DNA from: Jimgerdemannia flammicorona
Lineage: Eukaryota
Direction of reading: 5' to 3'
Length of the DNA: 44,645 bases
Assembly (NCBI GenBank): GCA_003990765.1
Contig: RBNJ01000066.1
Coordinates: forward strand, 1 to 44,645
The notes beneath the pieces are model-generated. The model was given only the letters and a program-made list of their open reading frames with translations, was not told where the DNA came from and did no database searches. Positions within the stretch are counted from its first letter, which is position 1, and every line of letters begins with the position of its first letter. Both the position numbers and the translations under genes were made by a program. Below, one piece after another: positions 24,433 to 37,800 of the stretch.

Positions 24433-24502
24433 GGAAGAGATATATGTACATAATATTTTTGATATTGGTATTGTGCATGTACTATAGGCAAGATTTATGA
24501 GT

Positions 24503-24662
24503 AGAATTACTTATACAATCATCAAAAAGTTAACCATTTTTTTGGGTCTGAAATGAAAAAAAGCAAGGCGAACTGAAGAGTTATGAACAGAATTACCTAT
24601 GCAATCATCAAAAAGTTAACCATTATTTTGGGTCTGAAATGAAAAAGCAAGACGAACTGAAG
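24503..24662. repeat. Two-copy tandem duplication (~86-bp period)
   Basis: AGAATTAC.TAT.CAATCATCAAAAAGTTAACC...GGGTCTGAAATGAAAAA..GCAAG.CGAACTGAAG occurs twice. Confidence 0.9.
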
Positions 24663-24849
24663 TAGGAATATCCCTTTCCCAATCTCCTTAACCTCTCACC
24701 ATCTTCCGAAGGTCTCCCACGAGGTAGTTGATCAAAGCCTGAAGGAAATGGTGGTGAGAAATGGTAGAGCCCAGAAGACAGCTACGAATTTGGATTCAAG
24801 ACTTACCTGCACATTCCACGCGGCACGAATGATGTCTCCTAACTTACAA

Positions 24850-25460
24850 TGTAAAAGAGACATGAACCGTCTGGAGCAGGTGGAGTCGGTATACCTCTCG
24901 TTTTTCAAGCATGAAAATCTTGATGGTACTCATATGGGTCTACATATAGCGGTAATGAATGTAATTAACTAGCATGCCACAAGGGGATACTATTTCATCA
25001 AAAAATTCTCTTCCAAGGTAAAAGATGTGCCGGATCTTTTCCCCCTTGACGGTAGTCATCATAAAGAGCATTCAGCATACTCTTTATGAAACGGGCAAGA
25101 TGGAAATTTATGCCGTAATACTTGGTTATATATCACACTCTTGGGGTTGGGCTATCAGGCCGCACCAATAGAGGTCGTTCTTTACATGTGGTGAGCAAGT
25201 CGACAGCGTTGCCATGGTCGTAATTCGGAAACGATGCGGAGGTATACCTAGGTCATTGGGAGTATTATTAAATTAAAATACATTGGGAGAAGGAAGTGAG
25301 GAGAAAGTCAACTCTACCTACCATACATATCGGCAAAATGTACCGATATTGAGTGCGCCTTGCAAAAGGGATGTGATGTAAGAAGCAAGATATTCTCCTT
25401 TGACATCCTTCGGCCAAGGGATTTATATTGCTTTCAAACGCATTTAGACTGAAACGACAA
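24850..25460 (-). pseudogene. Relic of the same PD-(D/E)XK-like family (paralog 2), multi-exon
   Basis: Peptides LNAFESNINPL, YDHGNAVDLL, HLARFIKSMLNAL, THMSTIKIFMLEKREVYRLHLL between GT..AG introns; frameshifts. Confidence 0.4.
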
Positions 25461-26167
25461 TTTTAGTTAGTACTATGTATAATCAAACAACACTGCATCA
25501 AAGATTGTCTTGTTGCTCCTTCAATCCACCGGATGACTTCTTTATCAGTTGGGAGAAGGCTTCAAATCGCGCAGGCCTACCCACCGACGTCGTGCTTCAA
25601 ATAGAGATATCTGTTTATAAACAGTGCGCAATTAATATCAAATAAAAATTTACTCTGCAAACGAAGGAAAAATACGCCAGATGTAACCTACCTCTTCAGA
25701 TGTAGTGCTAAAGAGTTGCTTGATGATGGTCTCGATATTGTACTGATTGGTGGTTCCAATATTTGGACAGTCAGCAACGAGGCTTCGCCATTGCCGCTCT
25801 GAAAATTCGAACTGGATTGGAGAGAGAGATCTAGTAAATTTTATATAAAATATTACAGTTTAATTAATATAATCATTTCTAATACCTACTCTGAGAATAT
25901 TGATGTCTGAGCTTGTGATAAATTAAATTAGTGATTTAGTATTTATTCACATTTACTCAGAGGTAATACGGATGATTGAACCTCGACCCATTGCACCCCT
26001 ATATCGGAAACCAACATCACATGTATGTATGTAGATGCCCATCACGAAGCAATCAGTCTGCTGACTACACTCTGACGAAATAGCCATCTCTTGTATAAAG
26101 TTCTCTTTTCCCTCTATACAAGAAACCTCACAAATCTCAACCTCGCTACACCTACTCTTTGTCTCCA

Positions 26168-27340
26168 ATGGGTTGTATTTACGCCGCCTTCCAGAACTGT
26201 GTCCTGTCTTTTGGCACCTTCTGCACCACGTTCATAGTCATGCTATTCACGGTTGTCCTGTTTCTGTACGAGCTGGCGCTGGGTGTGATGGGACTCAAGG
26301 AGAAGCCGAGGAAGCCGAGGAAGCCGAGGAGCATTCTCATAACCGGTGCTTCGTGAGTGCTAGGCAGTGGTTTGGATTATCTGTTGAATTATTATTATTA
26401 TTATTATTTGTTTTTGACGAAAATAGAGCTATATGACATTTCTTATTGCCCATAGATCTGGTATTGGAAGGCAGCTCGCGTTGGAATATGCGGCTCCTGG
26501 AGTCATACCAATCTTACTGCCGAAAGATGGTGGTATGTCGAAAGCAAGTGTTAGCAGATCAAAAGAGTTATTGAGTGAATTTTGAAATGATATACTTTGG
26601 CCAATACATTAAACCTTTTTTTTTAGACCACCTTCATGATATCGCCAACCGATGCTCCACCCAAGGTGCTGAAGCTATAGAAGGAAAGCTCGATCTCTCA
26701 CGTGGCGACAAATTGGAGAATCTTTGGTTGAGGCAGCCAATAGGTATTATCGCTCAATGCGGTCATAGAGAATTTATCGATTTCTTCATCTGATCAATGG
26801 AGTACTTTGCTCTCTCCACCATAGATCGATCATGTCATCGCCAATGCTGGAAGCTCTGCCCTCGATTTGCGAGCTTATATGTGGCATGATATGTACAAAC
26901 ACATTGTGGACATCAACATCACCTCTGTTTATGGGGGGAAGAACGATTTTGTACCACTGATTTGCGTACAGAATTTTTGATGATGCTAAAGTCTTTTGGC
27001 TTGCATTATTTTTAAGCGACCATTATGCCTCTTCAAGATGGAGATGGCCAAATTTCCATCATCAGTTTATCACTTTATTCTATGGCATGGCCAACATGAT
27101 TTGTATAATCAAAGCAAGTCAGCTCCCACTGCATTTGCTCGTGATCTCCATCATATTGGGAAAAAGAGCAATATCTGGGTCAGTGGTAGGTTGTGCACGA
27201 CTCATACGGGGCCAGTTTATTGAAGTTATAATATTCCTATTATGGTGTTGGGAAAATCTAACCTCACTCGCCTATCTGGGCGTGACAGTTGTCACACCTG
27301 GACTCCCCTTTCAATCGAGTTGCAATCCAGTTTGCCCTTG
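26168..27340 (+). pseudogene. Short-chain dehydrogenase/reductase (N-terminal TM segment), probably degenerate
   Basis: ILITGAS|intron|SGIGRQLALEYA (TGxxxGxG), IDHVIANAG, VTVVTPG; later exons lose frame; 3' end approximate. Confidence 0.75.
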
Positions 27341-27654
27341 ATGATGTATGTCAATTCTCGTCATGTGCAAAATATATAATAAAATAAATATTGATGAAAA
27401 ACCTTATCAAAAACAATCGTATCAGATGATTTAAGACACACTTTATGGTGAGCTAATTATTCTATTTGGTTACGGCAATACCGACTTCTTCCCTCGGGAC
27501 TTCAATCCTTCAACTATTATCACGTTCCCACCCGTGAGTTCGGAGAGTCGACTTTGGCAATGATCAAATACACAAATTTCCGAGATCTATTTTGGTCACG
27601 TCTGCTGTCATCTCGGTTTCACAATGTAGCTGCCAAAGAATTCGTAAAGTTCTG

Positions 27655-28160
27655 ACAAACGTACCGAAGAGATTCAACTTCGTCAAGGTCATGTTCAGAG
27701 ACGCTGGTAGGGCTCTGGCGCCCCGCCGATGTTGTTCACTGAAGTTAAACAAAACGAGTAAACAGTGAAAATCGTGAGCTTGATTGCATTATACAGTTAT
27801 GGACGATGGTTCACACAGTTCCGACATACTTTGGAGCTTCGACTTGTTCAAAGTCGTGCTCCGCTTCAGAGATTCAGTTAGGTTATTAGCCAACACGGAT
27901 CGAGCAAACACGTGCAGATCAGACAGCTGCAAACAATGACTCCCAAAGTTTTAACTTACATACATCCGAGAACCAGTTTTGTCAAGGTCTATGAATAGGA
28001 AATGTGAGTACCAATTTGCTAATAAAGAATTAGTGAGCATGCACAAACCATGAGAATACTTCCATCACGCAATTAGAAACAACGGTTCACAGTAATATCA
28101 TGCTGGTCGCCTTCTGCTCCAGATTCTCGCCAAGGGCGTGGGTGAAGCTTTCCTCTAAAC
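27655..28160 (-). pseudogene. Fragments of a ribonuclease-inhibitor-type LRR gene (short exons)
   Basis: NNIG..GARALPASLNMTLTKLNL, LTESLKRSTTLNK, TLTKLVLG, each followed by a GT donor. Confidence 0.45.
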
Positions 28161-29326
28161 GTATAGTGGCAGTTAGCTGTTAGTCAATTGTAGTTAGCCA
28201 CTTTGCCAATCTGTCATTCCGCATCCAGTCTCATTCACCACCGTTACCTTCGATGAAACAATAAGTAAAACACAAATGCGCGCTGGTTAGCGAATGTGAT
28301 TATGCTAACTGTGTGGCTGTGACGCTACATCCTGGATGTACAAAAGTGTAGCATCGGTTTCTGGTGTAGCGCCCACTCGGCGAAATTACAAAATCGACAC
28401 TTTGCAAGGCCTACCAAACTAGCTACACATTCAATCAATTGAATGTAGACTTCAACAGCACTGTCGGAGTCGACATTCCAGCAGCTTCGGATGACATTGT
28501 TGAATGCTGTTGGCGCACCAGGGAACAGCTAGTCACCGATGGCGACACCTTGTTGTGGGACACCGACTATCGACTGCCACAGCAGGCTTTATAAGTCCAT
28601 TAAAATTAGGCTGCTTAAGCCACGACGCGTGCGTGATAGAGCTGATAGAGAATCGTCGCGTATCAGACCAACAACTGAGGCCTATAAAGAGTAGCATTTG
28701 TTTACATTCGCAATTCCAATTTATTAAAATAAACGGTTCGAAAATACATATTGCTTGATTATCAACGATTCCGAGGCAAATCGAAACAGCCACGCGCATG
28801 TGTGCCAAGCAGCACTTTTTTCAGGACATGTACTAGGTGAACATTCCCAAAGACCATGGGGGCCAACGAAGTTGAAAACAAGACATCGACCCCGGCTGCC
28901 TTGGGAACGTCGAACGAAGTATGGCAACGTGGGACACGATGCCACTTGCCGTGGGATGCGGCGGAAAAGTTCCGATGGCAGCCGTGAATAGGTGCGTGCG
29001 AGCTTGACAATCGATTCAGGTGGCAAGCGTTGCATTATAAAGTTCAGCGTTTTTGGCGCTGCATAATTACCGTTTTTTCGATTTTCGATTTCGATTTCGA
29101 TTTTTTCTTTTTTTTTTTTTTTTTTCGGAGAGGCGGAGGAAGCATAGGTGATTTATTTGAAGACAAGGTGATAGGCTAGATCGGTTAAATGACGTGCTTC
29201 ACATTTTAGTTAAATCAGTGTTATGCATTTTCTAGAATGCGGTGAAGTCAAAAATATAATTTGTGTTTGTTTTTACATAATTATATTACACAATTACACA
29301 ATCGCTGCGCTATGCCGTTCCCACCT

Positions 29327-30188
29327 TTACAACGACGTGAAAGTGTACGAGTCAAACACGCCATAATTCGGGTATCTCGTGATACCTTCGGGGAACACTG
29401 GGGGGTTGCCATAATTTCCCATCCACCACAAGTTCTCGAGTGAGCAGAATGGTGTGAACCCGCCAGTCATTCTGGAATGGCCCCAAGCCTGCTTGGACTG
29501 CTTGACTTGGTTGCCGTTGATGAACCAGGTGGCGAGCCAGGAGCCGTTGGCGATGGTCTCGAGGCGGATGGAGAGGGTGTACCAGTTTTCGGAGGCGATG
29601 GAGATCCAGGTAGAGTCATTATTGTCCCAGTTGTCGCCCGAAGTCGATTGTGAAGTCATCACGCAGGTCATACGTGTGCTAGTCCTACTGAGGCCGAGCG
29701 AGGCGCGTGTTCTGGGAGAGCCATAGCTGTGGGTGGGTAGGGGGTGAACGTTGTTCAATATTTTGGTTCATTGTTAGCCTTGTCGACATTTTTTGGGTTG
29801 GAATATCTGATCCGAAACCTTACCCACACTCGAAGTCGAACTCCCTGTAATCGTTGTTGTGGATGAAAGCACCGATGCTGGTGATATCCCCCGCGTCAAA
29901 CAGCGGGATATACACACGCCAGCTATGCGTCCCCGCAAGCATGGTCGACCTAGTGTACTTGATCTTTGGTCTACAAATCGAGAACGGATCGACCTTGAAC
30001 ACGACAGCGGCGCCGTCGTTAGTCCCGATTTGGTCCAGTTGGATGCTATAGTTGCTGGGCCCGCCGCCGGCCTGCGATCCGTCCGCCCAGTTATCGAGAT
30101 TGTGGAAGGTTTCGTTAACAGAGACCGCCAACGCTGGTGAGACAGGAAGCGGCCAGAGCAAGATGAGAGTGAAGATTAGATATTTGAC
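29327..30188 (-). CDS. Secreted GH16-like glycoside hydrolase, 2 exons (about 30188-29824 and 29726-29327); start codon not found
   Basis: Hydrophobic signal-like N-terminus, EFDFE (ExDxE) catalytic motif, GT..AG intron 29823-29727 joins ECG|YG in frame. Confidence 0.75.
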
Positions 30189-30519
30189 AGTTTAATAGTT
30201 AATTGTTTTGGGCCGTGTCGTTTCACGGGGTTTTACAATTCACCATAAATGGGACAGCCTTATAGCAACTGCGTCAAATGGATAAGACGATCTGCGCTGT
30301 CATATTTGAAGCTTGTGAAAAGATTTCGCGTCGCCGTTCACGCAAAGCGCTACAATATCGTAATAATGGAGCGCCGAATGCAAGTCTGCTGCTACCTATA
30401 CCGCCAATTAAGGATTCTTTTATAAACAGGGCCGACTGTGCGGGCCATGAACAATATATAATGTATATTATACAATGCCCAGAGATAAAGAGCTCAAGAA
30501 TAGTATGAATAGAATAGAA

Positions 30520-31500
30520 TATTGCTTGCTTATAATTTCTGTTATAATTTTGAAGTATTTCAAAGATAGTAATAGTATTTATTGATAATACGTATCAAGA
30601 AAATAAAACAAGTTAGTATATTTTACTTCAAAAAAACTTGATACTGTAATATATACATATATATTTAATATCTTACTTATATTACATAATTATCTTATAG
30701 CCCAATCGTTAGTCTTTAAAAATAAAAAGGAAATAAAATATCAAAATTACAATATTTAAATAAAAATTAAATTTATATAATTAAATAAACTCAAAAATAA
30801 CACTTTAAATTAAATTAAATTATTGATTTTGAGATATTTTAAATTTAATATATTAATATATTTAAATAATATATTAAAGTAAAATATAAACAAAAATAAA
30901 TATGTAATAATAAAAAATCAGAATTCTATTTAGAAGTAAATTAATATTTAGTTTATTTAAATTTAAAATATTTATTATTAATTATAATATTATAATTGTA
31001 ATGAACTATTATAATAATTATTAAAAACATTAAACTATTACAATATTTTAAAAATAATAAATTAAAATTAATAACATTACTTATAATAATTATTATTATT
31101 ATAAATATACTAAATTTCTAAAAATTTATCTATCAGATAATTAAATAGCTTTTAAAATGAATTATTTTTAATATATTAATTCTTTATTTTTTATTTATTT
31201 ATTTTTTTAATATTTTTAATTAGTAATATTTTATTATATCTCAAAATTAGATTTATATAATTTTAAAATATTTATATATTATTTATATAATTTTAAATAT
31301 AATATAATATGGTTTATGTAAATTTCTTATTTTTAATATTCTAAATATTTTCTTTTGTCTTTTTTTATTATAAATAATAATATCTGAATAATGTCTACTT
31401 TACCAAACTACTTATTATTATCTTATTATTTAATTTTGAAAAATCACTTTTTAAAGCTATTTATATAAAATAGTCTATAATTCTAATAAATCTAACTCTT
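30520..31500. other. Extremely AT-rich block, probable hypermutated repeat relic
   Basis: Almost no C/G, sharp boundaries with normal-GC DNA. Confidence 0.6.
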
Positions 31501-32967
31501 GTAATGTAGGTAATGCTTAATTAATAATCAAGCAGCTACACCCACCTTCACAGCACCTGAATGATGTTATAGCTGACGCCACGCTAATCCCAAAAATAGA
31601 ATTTCACGTGATTTGCATTTTTCACAACTGGTTTGTGTCGTGTGTGGGCTGGCCGATTGCCACCAGCTCCGGCGTCCACTCTTGTACGTCACTAGACATA
31701 ATACAGTGAAGTTTTGGAGGGATTACGTAGATTGGCGGTTAATTAGGACGATCATTCGTCCCCTTGGTGTTAGTTACTAAGATATAATGCAGCGCCTAGC
31801 AGCGGGGGAGAGGTACGGTGACCTGGCAGCTGTCGTGGGGAAGGGGGTTCTGTTGATGTGGGAGATAGGGTCCGAGATTCTGATGTGCGGAGAGGGCTGG
31901 GCGGAGGTTCTGCGATGTATGGGGAGTGAAGATAACAAGGAGTGGCTGGAGCATGTCCTGAGAAATTCAGTAGTTGTGCTGAATCTGTGGCCTTGCAACT
32001 GTTCTATTTTTTATTTATTTTATTTTATTTTATTTGTTTTTGCCTACCGTCAAAGCATTAGCTCGCATTAAATTTTAAAGTCCATAATAAAACTTTTTGT
32101 CTCACGCTTTCGTTGCAAACATTTTCAACCCCTGACAATTCGTGTAATTATGCTTACGAATAGCAATCTTTCAAGGTTCGTCGATGTCTGCAGGATAGCA
32201 TAGCCCCTACCCCCTCCGATCGTTTTGTGCCACACAAGAGATATTAACTATTGATTCCATGGAGGAGCCTAGCAACGGATGCTAGAAGATGTAACTGCAC
32301 AGCCCCTTTATTTTTTGTGGAGAATAACGTGGTGCAACAGTACTTGCGCTGCCATTAAGTGATGATCGGCAGGGACATTGATCAACAATGGATAGCGGAA
32401 ATCGGGACAGTGGTACAGATGACGAGAATGACGAGTAAGTTGAAGGACAGGAAAAATGGTGCTAGTGGCTAATTGGTGGTTTTTTGCTGATGCGCGAGAT
32501 ACAACTTTCATATATAATTAGATTCAGGAACAAAATCGGTGCTAGCCTTCGATGCGGGAAGGATAGGAAGCCACTGTGATCCAATACGGATAATCTTTGA
32601 CATTTGCGGACCTGGTGTCTCGGCCATTTGACATCCTTGATCGCTAATGCGAATTTGACATTTCATTATTTCAGTTAACAGAAACTAAAAAAATCCCAAA
32701 TTCGAGCAAACAGGAACGCGATGCGATCATAGGATAAATAAATGCAATGCAATATAATATTGATTAGGTCCGGACCTTAAAAAATAGGGGGTTGTAAGCC
32801 ATTTTGCCCAACATGTTTGGCATCTGAAATTTTGAAATATCGTTTCAAGCCACAGAGTTACAATGTGATATCGATCAGAATGGCTTGTACAACATTTTTG
32901 ACTAGGTGAGCATAAAAGACCCATACCCGTTTGTTTCAACACTCTCATTATCGATTGTTCATACACA

Positions 32968-34108
32968 ATGAAACTCACCACATTCATCCTCGCCCTCGCT
33001 ATCTATGGCCTCTTCATAGCGACAGCGACAGACGCGGCCAAACCCAAGTACAAGTACAAGAAGCCCGTGCCGAGAAATGGGACGGACGTCTACCAGGGCA
33101 GCTCGTTCTTCGACAAATTCGACTTCTTCACGGCTTCCGATCCGACTGACGGGTTCGTCAGATACGTCAATGCGGACACCGCGCGCTCGAATAATCTCAC
33201 GTTTGTGAAGAACGATACCATCTACGTCTACTCGGATCACACAAATATCGCTCCCAAAGGCCGCATGAGCGTTCGCCTAAGCTCCAAGTCGAAGTACAAC
33301 AGTGGCCTCTTCATCTTCGATATCCTCCACATGCCCACCGGATGTGGCACATGGCCAGGTTTGTGTTATTTTGGTTATGTTGCGAGATTTCCGCTGTCGA
33401 ACTTGAATGAAGCTGATACGACGTCCCATCACGCCTTCCCAAACCAGCCGTCTGGACGTTCGGCGACGACTGGCCGAACAACGGCGAAATTGATATCGTT
33501 GAGGGCGTGAACAACCAAGCTAAGAATGCGATGACGCTGCACACGAACGCTGGCTGCACGATGAAAATGGTGGAGCTGCGCGAGTCGGGGACAATGGTCA
33601 ACGCCAACTGCGACGTCGGGAAATCGGACCAGGGCTGCAGCGTGACGGACAAGCGCACGAGCTCGTACGGCACCAGATTCAACGAAAATGAGGGCGGCGT
33701 ATTCGCCGTCAGGTGGTCGAGCTCCGGCATCCAGGTCTGGTTCTTCCCCAGGAATAGCATCCCCCAGGACATCATTGACGGCACCCCGAAGCCCACGTCC
33801 TGGTCCCTGCCTAGTGCTGACTTCCCATTCAAGAGCTGCACACCGTCGTATTTCAGGGGCCATCGGATAGTGGTCGATAACACGTTCTGCGGTGGTAGGT
33901 GGTGTTCTCTTATCTGATTCGTCGACATATCCAGCCCTTGAATAATCGAACTTGACGTGGTTTTCTTCCATCTTCAGATTGGGCCGGTGACACCTTCAGT
34001 GAAATGTGCCCTGGGAAGGGCAGCTGTGCCAACTATGTGAAGAATAATCCCCATGCTTTCAAGGAAGCGTACTGGGCCTTCAGGTCATTCAAGGTTTACA
34101 AGGTGTAA
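32968..34108 (+). CDS. Secreted fungal GH16 endo-1,3(4)-beta-glucanase (Lam16A-like), 3 exons (about 32968-33358, 33448-33894, 33978-34108)
   Basis: Signal peptide, FFDKFDFFTASDPTDGFVRYV, HMPTGCGTWP|AVW, WPNNGEIDIVEGVN, NTFCG|DWAG, FKEAYW; canonical introns, intact frame. Confidence 0.93.
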
Positions 34109-34724
34109 AAATTTGTCGTCATACCACTGCATCTGAACCTTGATTATTTTTGACGCCATGGATCCGAAATTGCTGGTCAATGGACGGAATTTTGAGCGCA
34201 TACACCGTAGTAGTTCTATAGGGGATGGTATTTAGCCACAGTGCTGCCTTGCGCATGGGGCAATGTAAAATAAGTTCATGTTTTATGGGCGAAATCAAGA
34301 ATAAAAGACATCCGTGATAACTTCTCAATACTGCTTCATGATACCCAGCGCTTCTCAACCTCACGGCTTCCGAATTTTTTTTTTTTTGGTATTCTCGATC
34401 ACGCACTCCTCCTTTAACATCGACATCCTCTCTTTCACGAACGCGACAACATACAGTGCGGTCCACACATCCTGGTTCCAGTCAACTGAATCCTTGAGTT
34501 TCGTTTGGCTAAGAAACTCATTGGCTCCTTTGAATCCTAGGAATTTCGCTAGGACCCGTCGAACGACTGGAAATTAATTAGCTCGTGTAGGTCCTGAATG
34601 CTCGGCGTCACCGATATCACCCTAGGCGCCACCCATAGATCATCTCCGGCCAGTGGGACGACGTCATCCCTCGCCGTCCATTCACCCACTTCGCTGAGGG
34701 GGGCCCGCCACGGAGCGCTGTATT

Positions 34725-34916
34725 CTATCTTTGGAGCCTGGGCGTGACAGAGGGAATGTTAACTTGGAAAATCTGCCGCATCACGTTGCATCCAGTGCGC
34801 CTGTCAACAGCAACGAAGGATGTGTGATTCGATGCCAGCGAGAACCGAAGTCCCATCATCACAATCTCGCGCTTCCTCGCTCTCTCCAACAAGATCGTTC
34901 CACGCGGCTTCTGCAT
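34725..34916 (-). pseudogene. Fragment resembling the C-terminal part of a VIT/VWA-domain (VWA5A-like) protein
   Basis: EIVMMGLRFSLASNHTSFVAVD motif; no intact upstream part before the AT-rich block at about 35270. Confidence 0.5.
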
Positions 34917-35877
34917 ACTACCAGCCTTTGAGTGAGCAAGGATTACTGGGATGTAATGTGGGAGTCGGCACCGCGAGCCCCGATGGATTGGTGACAGTAA
35001 TTACATCTTTGTCTGTGCATTGAAGAAGCTGAGCATCTTCGACTTCGGTTCTGACCTCACCTCTTCGCCTATCTTCTCTGACACCCCACGCACATTGATT
35101 CACTCCTCATCTGTAGTCGGTGGGCTGCAAAACGTTCGTCAGTATCTGCTCTCAAGCCGCTCCGTCTCCAGTTCTGGAAGAAATAAAATGCAATCAAGAA
35201 CATCTAGCATCCAAGCTTACAATGAGAACCTTATATTATATATGCATGTCAGAATATCTGAATCAGCTCTAGATTAATAAAATATATATGAGAACATATA
35301 TGAATATTATTTATTGTTTAGGAAACGACAGTTAGTCATCTTAGAATATTTTTGAAATAACTTATAGAGAGTATATTATAAGAGAACCTGATGGACTACA
35401 TTTATTTATACTAGCCTAATCTGAAATAATATATTAAGTTTATATAATACTTTAATAATTTATTATAAATATTTATATTTAATATTAAAAATAATTTATA
35501 AGATTAATAAAATAAAATAAATAATAATAATAATAATATACTAAAGCTGAGATATAAATAATTGATTTATAATGATAAAGTAGATAAATAGAATATTTTT
35601 TATTATTAATTATTTTAAATGATAATATATTAGATAATTATTATATATCTCTGAGAATATTTATTAAGAAATAAAACTTATAGTAATCTCTATGCTAATA
35701 TCTAGTAAAGTTTAATATCTACATTAGTCTAGTGCTAATTATGGAATACTTTTCAGATATTTAAAATTCTCTTTTAATATATTTTAATTATACATACATG
35801 TGTATCTTATATTTTAAATATATTCTATATTTCTTATAAAAATTGCTTACATCCCTCATTTATAAGTAGTATTATAG

Positions 35878-37047
35878 ATGTTGCTTCTTTCTCTGCTACC
35901 TTACCAGTCACAAGGTTTGGTAGGCAACCTTCTGAGTCCCCTTTCCCCTAATATTACCCCCTCTACCTTGGGTTGGTTTGCTGTGCCTGCAGGGGTATGG
36001 TGAGAGGAGGGCAATAGTGATGAGTTGCCCCTTTATTGGTGTCAGATTGGTGCTTTCTCTACTTTTTCATGGATTCTGGTGCCTTCAACTGTATCTAGGA
36101 TATACCCATTTTGGTGCAGCACCTTCTTCCTTTTGCCATCACCAATAAGGTGTTGTCTTGGTACATCTCAGGCTACATAGGGAGTCAGCTGACCTTGGGT
36201 GTCAAGTGCTTAGTATAGGTTACCTGCAGGTCTTCGGTATCTGTGGTGGGGCCCTCTGGCTTTGGTGAGCTTCTCAGTAAGCATGGTTCTGGCATAGGTA
36301 ACTGCTTTTCAGGTATTGTCAGGATGAGAGGGGAGATGGCCATCACAGATAGGAGGAAGGGCAATAACGGTGAACCAGTAAGGTGCCAGGCTGAGGGTGG
36401 TCATTGGGGCTGGGGCAGATACTGCTTCAGTGGGGCCTTTTGATTGGTGCAGTGTGGTTAGGTGGTAGGTGTCACTCTCAGCTTCTTTTGGCAGTCAGCA
36501 GGGTTGGGCCCCAGTCATCAGAGGGGGTTAGGGGGCCTGAGGCTACCTATTTTAGATATCTTGGCTGCACTCAACTAGAACTGGGAGCTGATATAGCAAT
36601 GTGATTGAGGCCCACAGGCTTGAGTAGTGGGGTATTGGGGGCTTCCTTCTGCCTCATGTATAAGTCCTTTACTCACCTCGACTAGGAGAACCAGGCCCTA
36701 CCCACTGTATTGTGCTTTGATGAGGGTTTTTCTTTGTCTGTTATTCTCTTTGGAGTGATAGGGGCTATTCTATTTGGCTCGAGTGTGGTCTTGTACATAT
36801 GTTGGGTTCTCAGGCATGTACTTTCAGTCATTGGCATATAGTTGGGTTTCCCCTGGTAGTAGGGAGAGCATGGTGTGCAGAATGAGGTACAGGCCAACAT
36901 AGGCCCTGCTATACCTGATATAGTCGAGCTGCTAGACAATAGCTAGCCTAGGTTAATAGGGGGGCAGTACTTGGTGGGTAGTGGGAGAGGGTTTTGGCCT
37001 ATATAGTCTAGGTTCCCTTCCAATAAAATTCTGCAGGACATGAGTTC

Positions 37048-37090
<43 letters not shown>
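35878..37090 (+). mobile_element. 5'-truncated poly(A)-tailed non-LTR retroposon copy (G/T-rich 3' region)
   Basis: Colinear with 43525-44645; AATAAA at 37022-37027; poly(A) 37051-37090. Confidence 0.85.
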
Positions 37091-37092
<2 letters not shown>

Positions 37093-37800
37093 TGATTGGT
37101 GTAGTAAAACTTCGTCCTCTGAAAAAATCCAGGGGTGGAAAAAATCAGATTGAGGGGAAAAAACAGTAGTGCTATAAGGTATCTGATGATCAATCCAAGG
37201 AGATCTCGACCAATACTATAACATTGCCATTCAGTTGTCTACCTTAGTCTGTTGTCCATCCTTGTCTATTATTCATCAACAGTCTATTATTGCTAAGTTT
37301 ATTGTGTCCCAGCAATTTATTATTCTAATTTATCAGTCAATCATTACCCCAGCCTGCTTAGTATGTTTAGTCTGCTTATTTAGTATATTTAAGTCTATTA
37401 TTTTCTTCAAGAATTTATTTATTATTAGTAAAGAATAAAATATTATTCAGTTTATTTACTTTAATACTTTTAATAAATTAAATTGATTATTAATTCAATT
37501 TAATTTAAATAGTTTAAATTAATAACTATCTCTTAACCCATAGTCACGTGTAGGCAAATTTACATGTAGCCCCCCTATTGGGCAGAATTTGGTGACATCA
37601 CCTTTTTCTTCATAAATAAATATTCCAAATACTGCCATATGCTACTGAGATCCACGCTCAACACATATCTCTACCCTGCCTTGTATTTCCTGTGAGTATA
37701 GTAATAGATATTTCAGTGGGTTCAGAGAGCCATGAGAGCCTGCTAGGTGAGCATGCTCTTCCTCCATTTCTCTTGTTAAACTTCACTCAAATGTAGCAAA

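Noticed and set aside
24102-24491. 129-aa ORF with poly-Thr/poly-Lys
   Set aside because: Artefact of the poly(T)/(TTG)n tract
28320-28450. Inverted repeats (GCTACA/TGTAGC; ACATTCAAT-CA-ATTGAATGT hairpin)
   Set aside because: No TSD, second copy or recognisable element ends; cannot be assigned
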